From positions 94,240,001-94,304,000 of the forward strand of contig OX597819.1 of the NCBI GenBank assembly GCA_951406725.2: a stretch of 64,000 bases of DNA, in the 5' to 3' direction. Shown here piece by piece: positions 51,312-64,000 of the stretch (within the stretch, counting starts at the first letter, position 1; each line of letters starts with the position of its first letter). The translations under genes and the position numbers were made by a program. The notes under the pieces are model-generated. The model was not told the DNA's origin and searched no databases. It saw only the letters and a list, made by a program, of their open reading frames with translations. The stretch is from Octopus vulgaris (Eukaryota).

Positions 51312-53202
51312 AATGATAATAATAATAATAATTTTCCTAATTTTGGTACAAGGCCAGCAATTTTGGAGGAAGGAGGAAGCCAATTATATCAACCCCAGTA
51401 CTCAACTGGTACTTATTTTATTAACCTTGAAATGGAGAAAGACAAAGGTGACCTTGGTGGGCTTGTACTCAGAATGTAAGAATCTGAAGAAAATACTGCA
51501 AGACATTTTGTTCAAAGCTTTTCTAATTCTGCTAATTCATTGCCCTCCTGGATGAGGAATGTCAGCTTAGTTGAGAAACAACCACCAGTTTCATTTAAAG
51601 ACAGAGTGCTTTACATTTTAAGGAGTATTTACCTTTTAAAAATAACATGTGCTTCAAGAATACTTGCCACATGTTGAAAATTGCTGCCTGATCATGTCCA
51701 TATAATTATGGTGAAATAAATTTGAGATTCTTTTTCTATCTTTTGTATATATTTAAAGCATCTGTCTGTGTCTTCCTGAAGCTATGTTCTGTTTCCTGAA
51801 TGATACCCTAATTCTAATTAATTTCCACTTGATATATCTAATATCCACTTAATATTAGCTAATATGCAGTTAGCTTATATCTTCTACCAGAAGCAATGAG
51901 AAAGAGTTTGTATTTTAGCTTCATTAACTAGTACGTAATCTATTCCTAACCACCAAGAAATATAAAACATTTTTTAATTTTTAATTTTAGACTTTAAACT
52001 TTAATCCATCATAAAGATTAGACCATATTTTTCAATTAATAATTGACAAAATGTCAAGTTTGACACCAGAAGTCTTTCAACATACATAAATGTCATGACA
52101 AAGGGTTAGGGTGAAAATCAACATAGCATTTCTAAACTAACAATCAAAAGCAAAAGTCTTATGACACCAAACAAATTCCATTACTCTCAGCAAACTTCTT
52201 AAGCTAATGAAGGAGCTTGTATAAGGTTACTCAGTCTACTAGAAATACCAGTTAAATCTCTCTCAAATTACACCCAACCATCTTACAAACAAGGAAACAC
52301 ATGTTGGATATTGTGGTCCAGGTATACTATACCAGAAAAAAAAAGGATAGGACAGTCATGGCTTTTGATCATAGGTCTGCCTGTTAGATCAGGACAAGCT
52401 GGAGGGATGTGGGCTAAGCAGCAGTAAAACAACAACAATAATAATCTTTTCTACTCTAGGCACAAAGCCTGAAATTTTGAGGGAGGTGGCTAGTCCATTA
52501 CATTGACCCCTCTGCTTACTCATTTTATCGACCCAAAAAGGATGAAAGGTAAAGTTGACCTCAGTTGAATTTGAACTCAGAACATATACACAGACAAAAT
52601 GCTGCTAAATATTTTTATCTGATGTGCTAACAATTCTGCCAGCTTGCTACCTTAACAATAATAATCCTTTCTACTAAAGGCACAAGGCCGGAAATTTGGC
52701 AGGAAGGGACTAGTCAATTACATCGACCCTAGTATTTCACTGGTACTTAATTTATAGATCCTGAAAGGATAAGAGGCAAAGTCGACCTCAACAGAATTTG
52801 AACTCAGAATGTCTACCAGCTCGCTGCCTTTGTTTAACAATAAGTATAACAAAATGGACACATTGGGTAATAAAGTCTTAGATACACTGTTTTAAACAAG
52901 ACATGATGGTCATGGGAGGAATACCTTTGATCATAGGGTCTGCTAGGATTTCTCAAGCAGGAGTTGAGAGAACATACCAACAAACTTTCTTCTGCCTTTG
53001 CTGATTCATATTCAGTGCCTTTTATTACTAAAGATAAATATTTGCTTTGTTTACAGGGATTTTCATATGTTTTATGCTGTATTTATATTTTCCTTTCTAT
53101 TTACATTATTGTAGCTCTGTGCATTTTATGTCTTTGTATATTTTATTTATAACTTCCTGATTTAGTTAAATATTCAACATATGTCTTCTCATTTCGTTTC
53201 AG

Positions 53203-53395
53203 CCAAAAGAAAACTACAATGAATGGCGCCTACTCTATTTCATTTCCTTCCTCCTTCTTGTTGGCTTCTTTGTATTAAATATGTTTGTTGGTGTTGTTGT
53301 TGAAAATTTCCACAAGTGCCGTGAAAGCCAAGAACAAGAGGAGAGAGCACGAAGAGATGCAAAACGCAAGCAGAAAATGGAGAAAAAGAAAAAAA
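53203..53395 (+). CDS. Cav3: Cav3 exon, IIIS6 and proximal III-IV linker ([64 protein letters not shown])
   Basis: tttcag|…|gtaaga, 193 nt, phase 0 to 1. [16 protein letters not shown] motif. No IVS1 exon recognised in the remaining 10.6 kb. Confidence 0.98.
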
Positions 53396-53907
53396 GTAAG
53401 AAGAAATTCTTATATTTCTCTCTAGTTAGTCTTCATTCTGTTTTTGTCATTTCACTTTATTTTCTTTAGAGCTGATCTATTCTGCCATGGGCTACAAACA
53501 ATGCTACCAAGCAGATCTGGTTGAAAATCTACATCTGAGTAATAGTTTTTCATTTACAGTCATCACTGCCCACTAGGCATTGCAGCATCTCTCCTTTACA
53601 AGCTGGCAACAGACAATGGAAACATTGGTAAATACAAAACAGATAATAAACAAGAGTTAAATAACTGAAACTAGCCTTCAGCTTGTTGATAGGAGACTTA
53701 AACCAGGAAGCTAAATTTATCATATCATTCCTTTAATCTGATCATATTAACAGAAAAAGTCAAAATTTGATAAATTTAAGAATGGAAAGTCTCACATAAA
53801 AAATATATTTCAAATTAAAGGATAAATAACAACTGAATCCATAAAAAGCCTTAAATACATTTAGGTATCCTTGTACATGTACCAGTGTATATATGTTATA
53901 TATATAT

Positions 53908-54098
53908 ATAGGGAGCGTTTACGAAAAAACAAAAGACGAAGACAGGTGGTGTACAAAACAAACAGATGTATTAGTATAATGCTCAGGAATAGAAAATGTC
54001 TTTTACGTTTCAAGCCTACGCTCTTCTACAGAAAGGGACACAGAAAAAACAAGGAGAGAAAAAAATGTGTGTAGTGGCTAACGATCTATCATGGCGTC
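53908..54098 (-). mobile_element. (TA)n-flanked ~190-bp element (Penelope-like relic); second copy at about 21355-21530 (+)
   Basis: The two copies align in opposite orientation and share ctttctgt(a/c)gaagagc(g/a)taggct..aaa, a degenerate hammerhead-like motif. Confidence 0.55.
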
Positions 54099-54286
54099 TA
54101 TATATCATCATCATCATCATCATCATCATCGTTTAGCGTCCGTTTTCCATGCTAGCATGGGTTGGACGGGTCAACTGGGGTCTGTGAAGCTGGAAGGCTT
54201 CGTCAGGCCCAGTCAGATCTGGCAGTGTTTCTACGGCTGGATGCCCTTCCTAACGCCATATATATATATGTGTGTGTGTGTGTGTG

Positions 54287-54325
<39 letters not shown>

Positions 54326-55029
54326 GTGTGTGTATGTATGTATGTGTGTGTGTCTTTGTGTGTATATAAAATATATATATATTTGTGAGTGAATATGTAT
54401 GTATATGCTTCAGTACTTTAATGCTGCACATCAAAAAAAAGGAATAAAGTCCATTGTTATGTGTATATGACTTTCTTATTGATGCAATGTGTATGTGTAT
54501 GTATACACACCTCCATGTATGTTAGTGTGTGTGTGTGTTTTAGTACATAAGCTCCAGCTCACTAATTAGTCTGCAAATGATAACGTTTCAATTTACCTAC
54601 AGCCCTATTAGCTATAATACCGACATTTTTAGCTAATCCAGTTGTTTGTATAATTAACAGTTATTTCTATATCTTACTCATTTGCTCCATGGCAACAAAT
54701 GTTATTCCTGTTTACCATTCCCATCATATTGTGCCATTTTCCCATCAATTCTCTGTTTATTTGGCATTACTAATGGTTCTAACAACCATAATTAATTGCA
54801 ATAAACAATATTTCTTTCCTTTTTTTTTTTACCGAAACCAAGTTTATGTATCTCAGTCATTACACACATTTTGTTGCAACCAAGAGTTTTGGTGTTTTTG
54901 ATGTTGGGATTCTTACCATCTCATCTTATTCAGCTGTTTTCATTTTTTTTTTCCTTTTGATAGACTCTTTTCTATTTTGTTTATCCTACTTCCATTTACT
55001 CCTCTCTCCCTTTCTCTCTCTCTCTATTT

Positions 55030-55059
55030 CTATCTCTCTATCAATCTATCCATCCATCC

Positions 55060-55134
<75 letters not shown>

Positions 55135-55323
55135 CATCTATCTATCTATCTCTTCATCCATCCCTCCATCCATCCATCTATCTATCTATCTATCTATGTC
55201 TTCATCCATCCATCCATCCATCCATCCATCCATCTATCCATCCATTCATCCATCCATCCATCCATCCATCTATCTATCTATCAATCTATCTATCTATCTA
55301 TCTATCTTTTCATCCATCCATCC

Positions 55324-55361
<38 letters not shown>

Positions 55362-56447
55362 GTCTTCATCCATCCATCCATCCATCTATCTATCCATTCA
55401 TCCATCCATCCATCCATCCATCCATCTATCTATCAATCTATCTATCTATCTATCTTTTCATCCATCCATCCATCCATCCATCCATCTATCTATCTATCTA
55501 TCTATCTATCTCTTGGCGGTGCTACCGAGAAGCGCTACCCATTCGGGATAAGCTCTATAGGCATGGCTCGAGAAACACGGGGCCGACCTGCCCGAGATGC
55601 GGGCAGAGCGACGAAACCGCTCTGCACGCAATCGTGCAGTGTCCAGCAATTTCCCACCTGTGGGCTTATGTCGAACGACTGCTGTCACGTGTGGGATGTG
55701 TCGGTTTATCCGCCGAGTCTATCGTTAATATCGTCATGCCTCCTTCCTTCAAACGGGAAGGAAGAGCTATTTTTATCATACTTGTGGCTATGGCGAAAGA
55801 ATGTATCTGGTGGACGCGTCTGAAAGGATTAGAGACAAACACTTTCCTCTCTGGTCAATCTCTCATCAACTTCTTCAAGTATCACTTGAAGAAAAAAGTG
55901 AGAGTAGAGAGGCAAGTTTTGTCTAGTGAATGTTTTAAAAAAAGATGGGTGAATGTAGCAAGGATGGCACGTATGAATGACGAAGCCACCTTGACTATGA
56001 TTCTATGAAACGTAAAAATTAATACAGAGAGTTGCTTATTTGCAAAAAAAAAAAAAAAAGAAATATAACATGTGACTTCATTGACCGAGGTTACCGTGGT
56101 CTTTTCCGTAGGCTTTTCTTTCCATGGGTAAACCTCACCTGTCCTCCCCTTTACACTTCATATTGACATTTCTGTGATAACGATCCCTATTGATCAATTT
56201 TTTTCCTCCCCCTTTTTTTTTTTAACCCCCCTTTTTTTGTCCTCTTTCTCTCCTTTTACGATCCCTTTTGATCGACCCCCCTTTTTTATTTTATTTTATT
56301 TTTTATTTTATTATTATTATTTTTTTTTTTTATTTATTCTTTTAAACCTTCAAAAGAAAAGCTCTACCTTGTAATTTGTTCTATCTGTGTGCAGCCCTGT
56401 GTGGCTAATAAAGAAACATATCTCTTCATCCATCCATCCATCCATCC

Positions 56448-56483
<36 letters not shown>

Positions 56484-56515
56484 CTCCATCCATCCATCCA
56501 TCCATCCATCCATCC

Positions 56516-56553
<38 letters not shown>
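55030..56553. repeat. Compound (TATC)n/(CATC)n microsatellite split by the Tx1/L1-like insertion
   Basis: Alternating blocks joined by tctt/tttt linkers on both sides of 55515-56418. Confidence 0.95.
55515..56418 (+). mobile_element. 3' end of an L1/Tx1-clade LINE with 8-bp TSD
   Basis: Open frame WRCYREALP…[18 protein letters not shown] (zf-RVT/CCHC)…IWWTR to the stop at 56008. T-rich 3' UTR ending aataaagaaaca. tatctctt at 55507-55514 and 56419-56426. Confidence 0.88.
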
Positions 56554-56556
<3 letters not shown>

Positions 56557-56930
56557 CTTTACTTTCTGCCACCCATCCCTTTTCTTTTACCAATTTCTCC
56601 CACTTCACTCTTCTTAAATTTCTCTTATTTCATCAAATATCTTCCCAACTCTCAATCGTTAAATGGCCATCTTTCTCTTATATATATGTGTGTGTGTGTG
56701 TGTGTGTTAGTCATTGGATTTTAGAGGGAAACAGCACACACACGCACGCAACACGCAGACATGCATGCACACATACATATACATAAATTGATTCTCTCAA
56801 ACATTAGCACCATTTAAAATTAAAAAGAGACAACTTTCTTAAATTTTAATTTCATCCCATGTTTCCTATTGGAATTTTTAAAATTATTATTAGCTAACTA
56901 TGATAGAATTTTATTGGCACCACTCTCCTC

Positions 56931-56989
<59 letters not shown>

Positions 56990-57899
56990 CTCTTTGTTTG
57001 CTTATGTCTCCCTTTTTCTCTCCACTGTTGCTTTTTCTCTCAGTCTCTCTCTCTTTCTTAACATTTTCTTCTCTTTGTTTTTTCTTCTTTCTCTCCCACT
57101 CATTTTGTTTTACTTTGATTCTTTCTCTTACGTTTGTTTTCCTTTCAGCTTTGTTTCTTCTTTCAATATTTTTTCATTCTTTCTTTCCTTTGCAATTATT
57201 GAAATTAAACTGTAAGCAACACGTTTTTATGCATGATTTTTGCCAGGACACATATTCAGCTTTCCTCATCATCTAACATGCCAATTTTATTGCCAGGTGT
57301 GCTTGTGTGTGTGTGAAGACACTTGGCCTAGTAGTTAAGGGTGTTGCACTCACAATTGCTTAATCGTGGGTTCAATTCCCAGGCTGAGCAGTGCATTGTG
57401 TTCTTGAGCAAACACTTCATTTCATGTTACTCAAGTTCACTCGGCTGTGAATAGGTAACCCTGTGATGGATTAGCTTTCCAATAAGGGAGAATGTTAGCC
57501 TGCTTGTCTAGCCAGTGGGGTGACATCTTTCAAAAGCTAAAACAGTGCAAAGTGCATTGTGACCAGCGATGTATAACAACATCTGATACTCTGGTCGATC
57601 ACAATGACATGATCATGAGGGCATAAAAGACACAAGGGCAAATTAGATAACCCCAGTTTTAGCAGTGCATATTCAGGAAACAAAGTTTTAAGAGCATTAA
57701 AGCATATGATATAAGCTCAGCTTTGCACATAGGACATGGAGTGATTTTTTTAAGATATTTGTGGGTGGGGAATGCATTTTATATGCCATCACATATGGTA
57801 GATCAGATGTCAGGATACATCTTTAGTTTCATTGTCATTTTATTGCCAGGTATATAAAGATCAAAGAAGCAATACCATTTTTATATTTTTTATTTATCT

Positions 57900-58490
57900 A
57901 TGAAGGGGTGCTGAAAAGTTCCTGGTGTAAAGAGTATTGCGAAAGGCCTGGTTCTTTTACAGGGCTTAGAAAAACTGAAAGACTGCTGCAATAAGTACTC
58001 TTTACTCTTTACTCTTTTATTTGTTTCAGTCATTTGACTGTGGCCATGCTGGAGCACCACCTTTAGCCGAGCAAATCGACCTCAGGACTTATTCTTTGTA
58101 GGCCTAGTACTTACTCTATCAAACTCTTTTGCTGAACCGCTAAGTTACAGGGACGTAAACACACCAGCATCAGTTGTCAAGCAATGTTGGAGGACAAATA
58201 TAGACACACAAACATACTCACATGCATACATATATATATATATATATACAATGGCCTTCTTTCAGTTTCCATCTACCAAATCCACTCACAAGGCTCTGGT
58301 CGGCCTCAGGCTATAGTAGAAGACACTTACCCAAGGTGCCACACAGTGGGACTGAACCCAGAACCATGTGGTTGGTAAGCAAGCTACTTACCACACAGCC
58401 ACTCCTACGCCTATGTGAATCTGAGAGGAGAATATGTTGAATAAAATCACAAAACATCATCTATGATGAGTTACTTTTCTTCTGGCTAAA
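57900..58490 (+). mobile_element. Mariner deletion derivative split by a SINE
   Basis: TIR-like tatgaaggggtgctgaaaagttcc. The SINE flanks join into QGLEKLKDCCNK-xVNLRGEYVE*, a mariner C-terminus. Confidence 0.6.
57996..58413 (-). mobile_element. SINE family A inserted in a mariner-derived element
   Basis: Full-length match to 1531-1964. Confidence 0.9.
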
Positions 58491-59668
58491 AAAGAATTAC
58501 ATAAACCAACCGACCTCAACACAGGTTCTGATTTCACAATATTTGGATTTTGTTTACTTTTCTTCAGTTATTTTGTCTCATAGTTTGTTTTTCTTTCCTT
58601 TTTCTGCATGAAGATTCATTTCATTGACATGTCAGTCAACCTTTTAAAGCAGGCATTCAGTTTCAATGTTGTTTTGTTAACTGTTTCCCTTCTAGCTATA
58701 ATAACAGTCCTTTCCAAAATACTTTTTTTTATTTTGTAATTACAAGGTTTGCACTAAATAAAAGTACATGTAGAACATATATATATATATAACAAATTAA
58801 TAAATAAAACATATGCATATATACATACATATATGTACGTACCTACCTCTACATGTATATATACATGCATATATGGGTACAGGACACCCAAAAAACGTCA
58901 AACACAATGAGAAACGAAAACATAAACACAAAACCAAGGAACTGGACATTTTTCTTAAACAACGAAAAAATAGAGTACAGGACAAATAACACAAGGAAAA
59001 TTCCCCTTCTTCAGTCGCCATGGTTTCATCTACTCTGTGTATATATATATATATATACATTGCTTATAAACTCTATATTTGGATGGACTCATTTTAAACT
59101 CTGTTGGACTTTTGGTCTTTACTCATAGGATATTGGAATATTGCATATATACCATTATGCCTAAAAAATGGATTTACAACTTCAATACCCATACGTATCT
59201 TGCATCTATTTTCTTTCCTCCACCTCACTCTCCATTTTGTATCACATCTAAACTCACTATGACTTAAATATCCTCTCACACCATCTCCGACGAAGGGATA
59301 TGATTAATAAATATCCTAGAAACAGCTGTAAGACCTGTTTATAAATGCTCTAATATCTACACAGCCTTGGTTTTTTTATCTTATTGCGCAAAAAATTCTT
59401 GTATATATATATATATATGACCAAGCAATACATTATTATTGGGGTGAGAGATATTTAGGGGAGGCAGAAGAGCCTATTATATTCAAATTAAACATCCACT
59501 TCTCTCTTTCAACATAGAAATATAGAAATTTAAATAGATTGCTTTTAAATTTTCTGCTTCTATATTATTTTATCCATCTAGAACAGGGGTTGATAAACCT
59601 AGGTTTTTTGTTTCTTTTTTTATGATGGCCAGCCAGACTGGAAATGCTTTTATAACTTAGGGACCAAT

Positions 59669-59830
59669 CTTTTATATAAAATCCGTGCTGTCTGTCTGTG
59701 TGTGTGTCTTCTAGGATCTCGGGCATCCTCCATCCGATTGCACTCAAATTTGATATGTAGATACCGATGGTATCAGGTCTTGAAAAATTTACAAAAATCG
59801 ATTCCAGGTGAGAATGCGATCGATAAAGCA
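59669..59830 (+). mobile_element. Helitron-like (DINE-1/Lep1-type) 5' region
   Basis: tctttatataaaa start, (GTCT)n tract, then ccgatt…aaattt motif. Confidence 0.5.
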
Positions 59831-60715
59831 TATTTGTGTGAATAAAATCGTTTTTCTTTGGAATAGAAAAAAAGTCTATCTTTATTTCTTCTTTTGCTGG
59901 TGTCTCAAATTTAGGTTAAATCAGTGTTTCTCAAAGGGGTGGCCTATGGGACGATTGGACAAGTTGTTTTGAGAAAATTTGGTTTAAATGTTTGACAACT
60001 CAGCACTGTCCATTGGACTGGGGCATTTTGCTCATGCAAATATAAAATGAAACCATGATCGTACCACACTACAAAAGCAGCTTCTTTCTGTTTTGTTTGT
60101 TTGTTTGTTTTATGAGGGGATTAAGGATTCCTATTGTTTAAAGGTTACCTTTTGTAATGAAGGGATTTCAACACATTTAATGATGCAAAAATTGGTATGA
60201 GCATGATATTGTATGCAGTGCTGAGTTGAAACATTTTCAGTTAGGATTTGTGCTTTGAAGTAAATATGGTACCAGCCAGTTTATCTGCTCTCTTCAATGG
60301 GTAAACATTTTTTAGCCACTGCTTCCTTTCTTAGATCCAAGGATTCTGATTTATGTAAACTATAATGTGGTGTGTGTGTATGTTAGGGTTAGGGTGATTC
60401 AAGTGATTCAAGGCCACTGAACACGTGAGACATTCTCTCTATTTTTTATACTGAACTTCATTGTTTATTTACTAAAGATAGATAAGGAAAACAAAGAATT
60501 TTTATATACTATGTCATACATTCAATAAGACAGGTGGATTGGATGAAATGAGGCCACAAGACCGTAGTTGGGCCAACTCATTATTTTGACCCCAGACAAA
60601 CATGCAGACTAATGTTTTTGTTTTGCTTTATTTTTTATTCCATTGACCTGGAACATAAACACCATTCCTTTGAAAAGTTAAATAGCAAAATGATGCTAAT
60701 ATAAAATTTTCTTCA

Positions 60716-61490
60716 AGGCTTGGCTGTTTGATAAGAAACTTGCTTCCCAACCACATGGTTCTGGGTTCAGTACCACAACATGGCACTTTGGGTAAAAGTG
60801 TCTTCTACTGTAGCCTCAGGCCAATCAAAGCCTTGTGAGTGGATTTGGTTAATGGAAACTGGAAGAAGTGTGTTTGTGTGTGTGTTTGTCCTCCACTACC
60901 ACTTGACAACTTGTATTAGTGTGTTTATGTCCCCATAACTTAGCTGTTCCGCAAAATGGCCACCAGAATTAGTACCAGGCTTTAAAAAAAGCACTGGGGT
61001 CGATTCATTCGGCTAAAAGATCTTCAAGGTGATGCCCCAGCATGGCTGCAGTCTAATGACTAAAACAAGTAAAAGATAAAAGATAATTCATATGTCTAGG
61101 CGCAGGAGTGGCTGTGTGGTAAGAAGCTTGCTTACCAACCACACAATTCCAGGTTCAGTCCCACTGCATGGCACCTTGTAGTGTCTTCTACTATAGCCTC
61201 GGGCCAACCAAAGCCTTGTGAGTGGATTTGGTAGACGGAAACTGAAAGAAGCTCATCGTATATATGCACATGTGTATGTGTGTGTGTGCTTGTCCCCCCC
61301 CCCCCGACATCACTTGACAACTGATGCTGGTGTGCTTGCATCCCCATAACTTAGCGGTTCAGCAAAAGAGACCGATAGAATAAGTACTAGGCTTACAAAG
61401 AATAAGTCCTGGGGTCGATTTGCTCGACTAAAGGCAGTGCTCTAGCATGGCCACAGTCAAATGACTGAAGCAAGTAAAAGAGAAAAGTGT
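60716..61490 (+). mobile_element. Two tandem family A SINEs (about 60716-61085 older, 61098-61490 younger)
   Basis: Two successive head-core-tail units homologous to 1531-1964. A partial minus copy lies at about 62526-62780. Confidence 0.88.
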
Positions 61491-64000
61491 AAAGGTTATA
61501 TATTTCTTTTCTGACACTAAATACACATTAGACTATAAAAGTAGAAATGATGGTTAAAAACATAAAACTACATGTAATATTCTTTCTAATTTTGGCACAA
61601 GGCCATCAATCTCAAAGGGAGGGGAAGATTTTGACCCCCAGCGTTCAACTGGTAGTTATTTTATCGACCCTGAAAACATGGAAAGCAAAGTCAGCCTCAG
61701 CAGCATTTGAAAACCTGCAATTCCTTTTATTCTTGATCAGGACTAGCTAGGGAGCAATTTTCCAATTTCAACATATCAAAGTCAAACTCACTATCTTTTT
61801 TTTTCTCACTTTTTTATTTTTTGTTTTATTTTTTTCTTTGCTGACTGTGAGAATATTTGTTTTGACTAGGATGAAAAGTTGTAGATAATTGAGCCAGTCT
61901 TGATATGTAATTAATACTTAATTGAGAGAGCAAGGTCCACTTCTGCAGGTCCTACATTCAGAGCAAGCTATATATATTAAACTATGCTATATAGCAATTT
62001 ATTCTCAATAGCTATCTCTTCAGTTCACTTCTTGAATCTTTTCAAATACTTTCTATTCAGGTATTGAGCTTTGATAAAAGACTGACATTATAAACAGAAT
62101 CTTTGAGAATTTAATCAGACATTTATTGAGTTGAGTAGCCTTATATCATAGAAATTATAATCAACTGTCTTAATGAGAATAATTTCTTGCTATACATATA
62201 GCAAAATTCTTCAAGGTTTAAATTCCTTATGAGAAGTTGCAGTAATTGAGACTCAATACTGCTGATAGAATCTTTCAAAATTAACAATAGCAAACCAAAC
62301 TTCATACCATAATAGAGAAATATATTTTCAATTAAATGTCTGTTCAACTGAATTGATGGTATTCTCAAATTTCTCACTTTCCATGTAATTTTCCTACTAA
62401 TGAGTTGTTTACTTGAATATTTTCCCCTAATACCAAATGAATTCTTTGCTTATTTATATAACCACAAAGTTTTTATTTTAAATTTAAATGTTCTTTCCTT
62501 AAATAATGTCTGGCATTTTTAGTTTCATCTTTTATCTTTTACTTGTTTCAGTCATTAGACTGTGGCCAGCGATGAATTTTCAGCCAAATTAATTAACCCC
62601 AATACTCTTTTTCCCCTCTAAACCAAGTGCTTTTACTGAACCACTTTGTTACAAGGGACATAAACATACCAACACTAGCTGTCAAGCAATGATGGGGGAC
62701 AAACATAGACACATACACATACATAGATATGTAAATACATATATATATATATACGCACACACACACACACACACATACAAGTAAGTGGACAAAGGGCACT
62801 CAACACATCTTTGGCATTCCAGAAGCCTGATATCAGCTTCAATTAGCTGTGTCTGATGATTGTGCTAGGACACCAGACATGTTAAAAGATACTGTCTGGC
62901 ATGCTCTCAGCACATGAAACTAATAGTAGCACATGAAACATATATTGTGTTTATTAAATAATATTTATCTCTCACCAGATGGAGTATATTTTTATGGATC
63001 TTACCATCATGGAACAGTACACTATATATATATGGGTGTGTGTGTGTATATATATGTGTGTGTGTGTGTATATATGCATGTGCTTATGTGAGTTGTTGTC
63101 ATCTTGACTGTATGGTAGCTATAAATGAATGTTCACTGTCGTACAGTGATGTTTTTCATTTCCAATATTCCATGAAGGCACATCTGGCTAGGGTAAAATA
63201 TTATCTTATTTGGAAACAGATGATGGTGGGTAACAGAGAGGTCATCTGGCAAAAGAAAATCTGCCTCAACAAATTCCCTCCATCCCATGCAATCATAAAA
63301 AATTGACATTAAAACAATGATGATGATATTTCAAAGGTTCTACTGGAAGCTGCTGTCATTGTTTAAACCCAAATGAACCATGATTGAATAGACTTATGAT
63401 TAAAAGTTTACCAGTAATGACTTTATCATCATTTTAGAGATGTGTGGCACTGTATTATTTAATGTGTTTTTTTCTCTTCCTCAAGATGATAGAGTTTAAT
63501 TTGTGGGGTGTTTTGGCTACTTTTTCTAGCATGCCTAGTGGCTATAAAGCAGCTTCCTCAGTAGTCCAAGTTTCATTGGTTATTATTGCTTAACTCCAAG
63601 TTAGCTCTGATTAAGCACAGATGTGAAAGATCTATTTATTATTTTTAACAGATCAAATAACCATGTAGATGCTCCCTCGTTTGCTAGTGTATTTCACCAA
63701 GAATGATGCATTAACAGAATCAGTAGGATGGTTGGCAAAACGCCTTGCAGTTTTTAGTTTTTTTAATTCTATGTTCTGTGTTCAAATCTTGCTAAAGTCG
63801 ACTTTGCCTTTCATCTTTCTGTGAAGGCTCAATAAAATAAAATACTTGACAACTGCTAGGTTTAATCAAATCAACTGCTATCATCTTCCATGTCTGAGGC
63901 AACCATGTGTTTCTGTCAAAAATCAAATTATAGGGACCGGTGAGGTGGAATAAAATAAATAGAAATTGTTCAGTCACTTACACCAGGTGACTATCAAACC

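Noticed and set aside
54846-55514. N-terminal halves of the 325- and 343-aa ORFs
   Set aside because: Stop-free (TATC/CATC)n repeat. Only 55515-56008 is real LINE coding sequence.
60382-60395. Interstitial telomeric TTAGGG (also near 31285 and 52105)
   Set aside because: At most two units, compatible with chance.
53400-64000. Next Cav3 exon (IVS1)
   Set aside because: No PYY/FDL.I..VIGLNV-type frame with splice sites found by eye. Presumed beyond the window; a short optional exon cannot be excluded.

Overview
AT-rich, microsatellite- and TE-dense animal genomic DNA. The SINE repertoire and the [16 protein letters not shown]-type zinc-finger array suggest a coleoid cephalopod such as Octopus (inference). 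The whole window lies inside one + strand gene, a T-type voltage-gated calcium channel alpha-1 subunit (Cav3). Eight GT-AG exons with matching phases (1006 nt; 12618-53395) encode the end of the II-III linker, all of domain III (S4 RVFRLLRTLRPLR, pore SKDGW) and the start of the III-IV linker. The introns hold tRNA-derived SINEs, RTE, R4/Dong-like and Tx1/L1-like LINE fragments, mariner/hAT/TTAA-type/Helitron-like relics, and (TA)n-flanked inverted-repeat elements with minimal hammerhead-ribozyme-like motifs (Penelope-like). The most notable structure is an antisense composite at 25876-30297: an open 8-finger C2H2 array, truncated at a (TA)n tract, is co-oriented with a 5'-truncated RTE whose hairpin-rich 3' UTR is amplified into 8 tandem ~331-bp units. 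This is a candidate LINE-mediated ZNF retro-chimera. A ~750-bp palindrome at 42983-43736 carries a hammerhead-like core on each arm. Most short ORFs in the supplied track are microsatellite translations. TE family names come from recognised motifs, not database searches, and TE boundaries are approximate unless a TSD is given.
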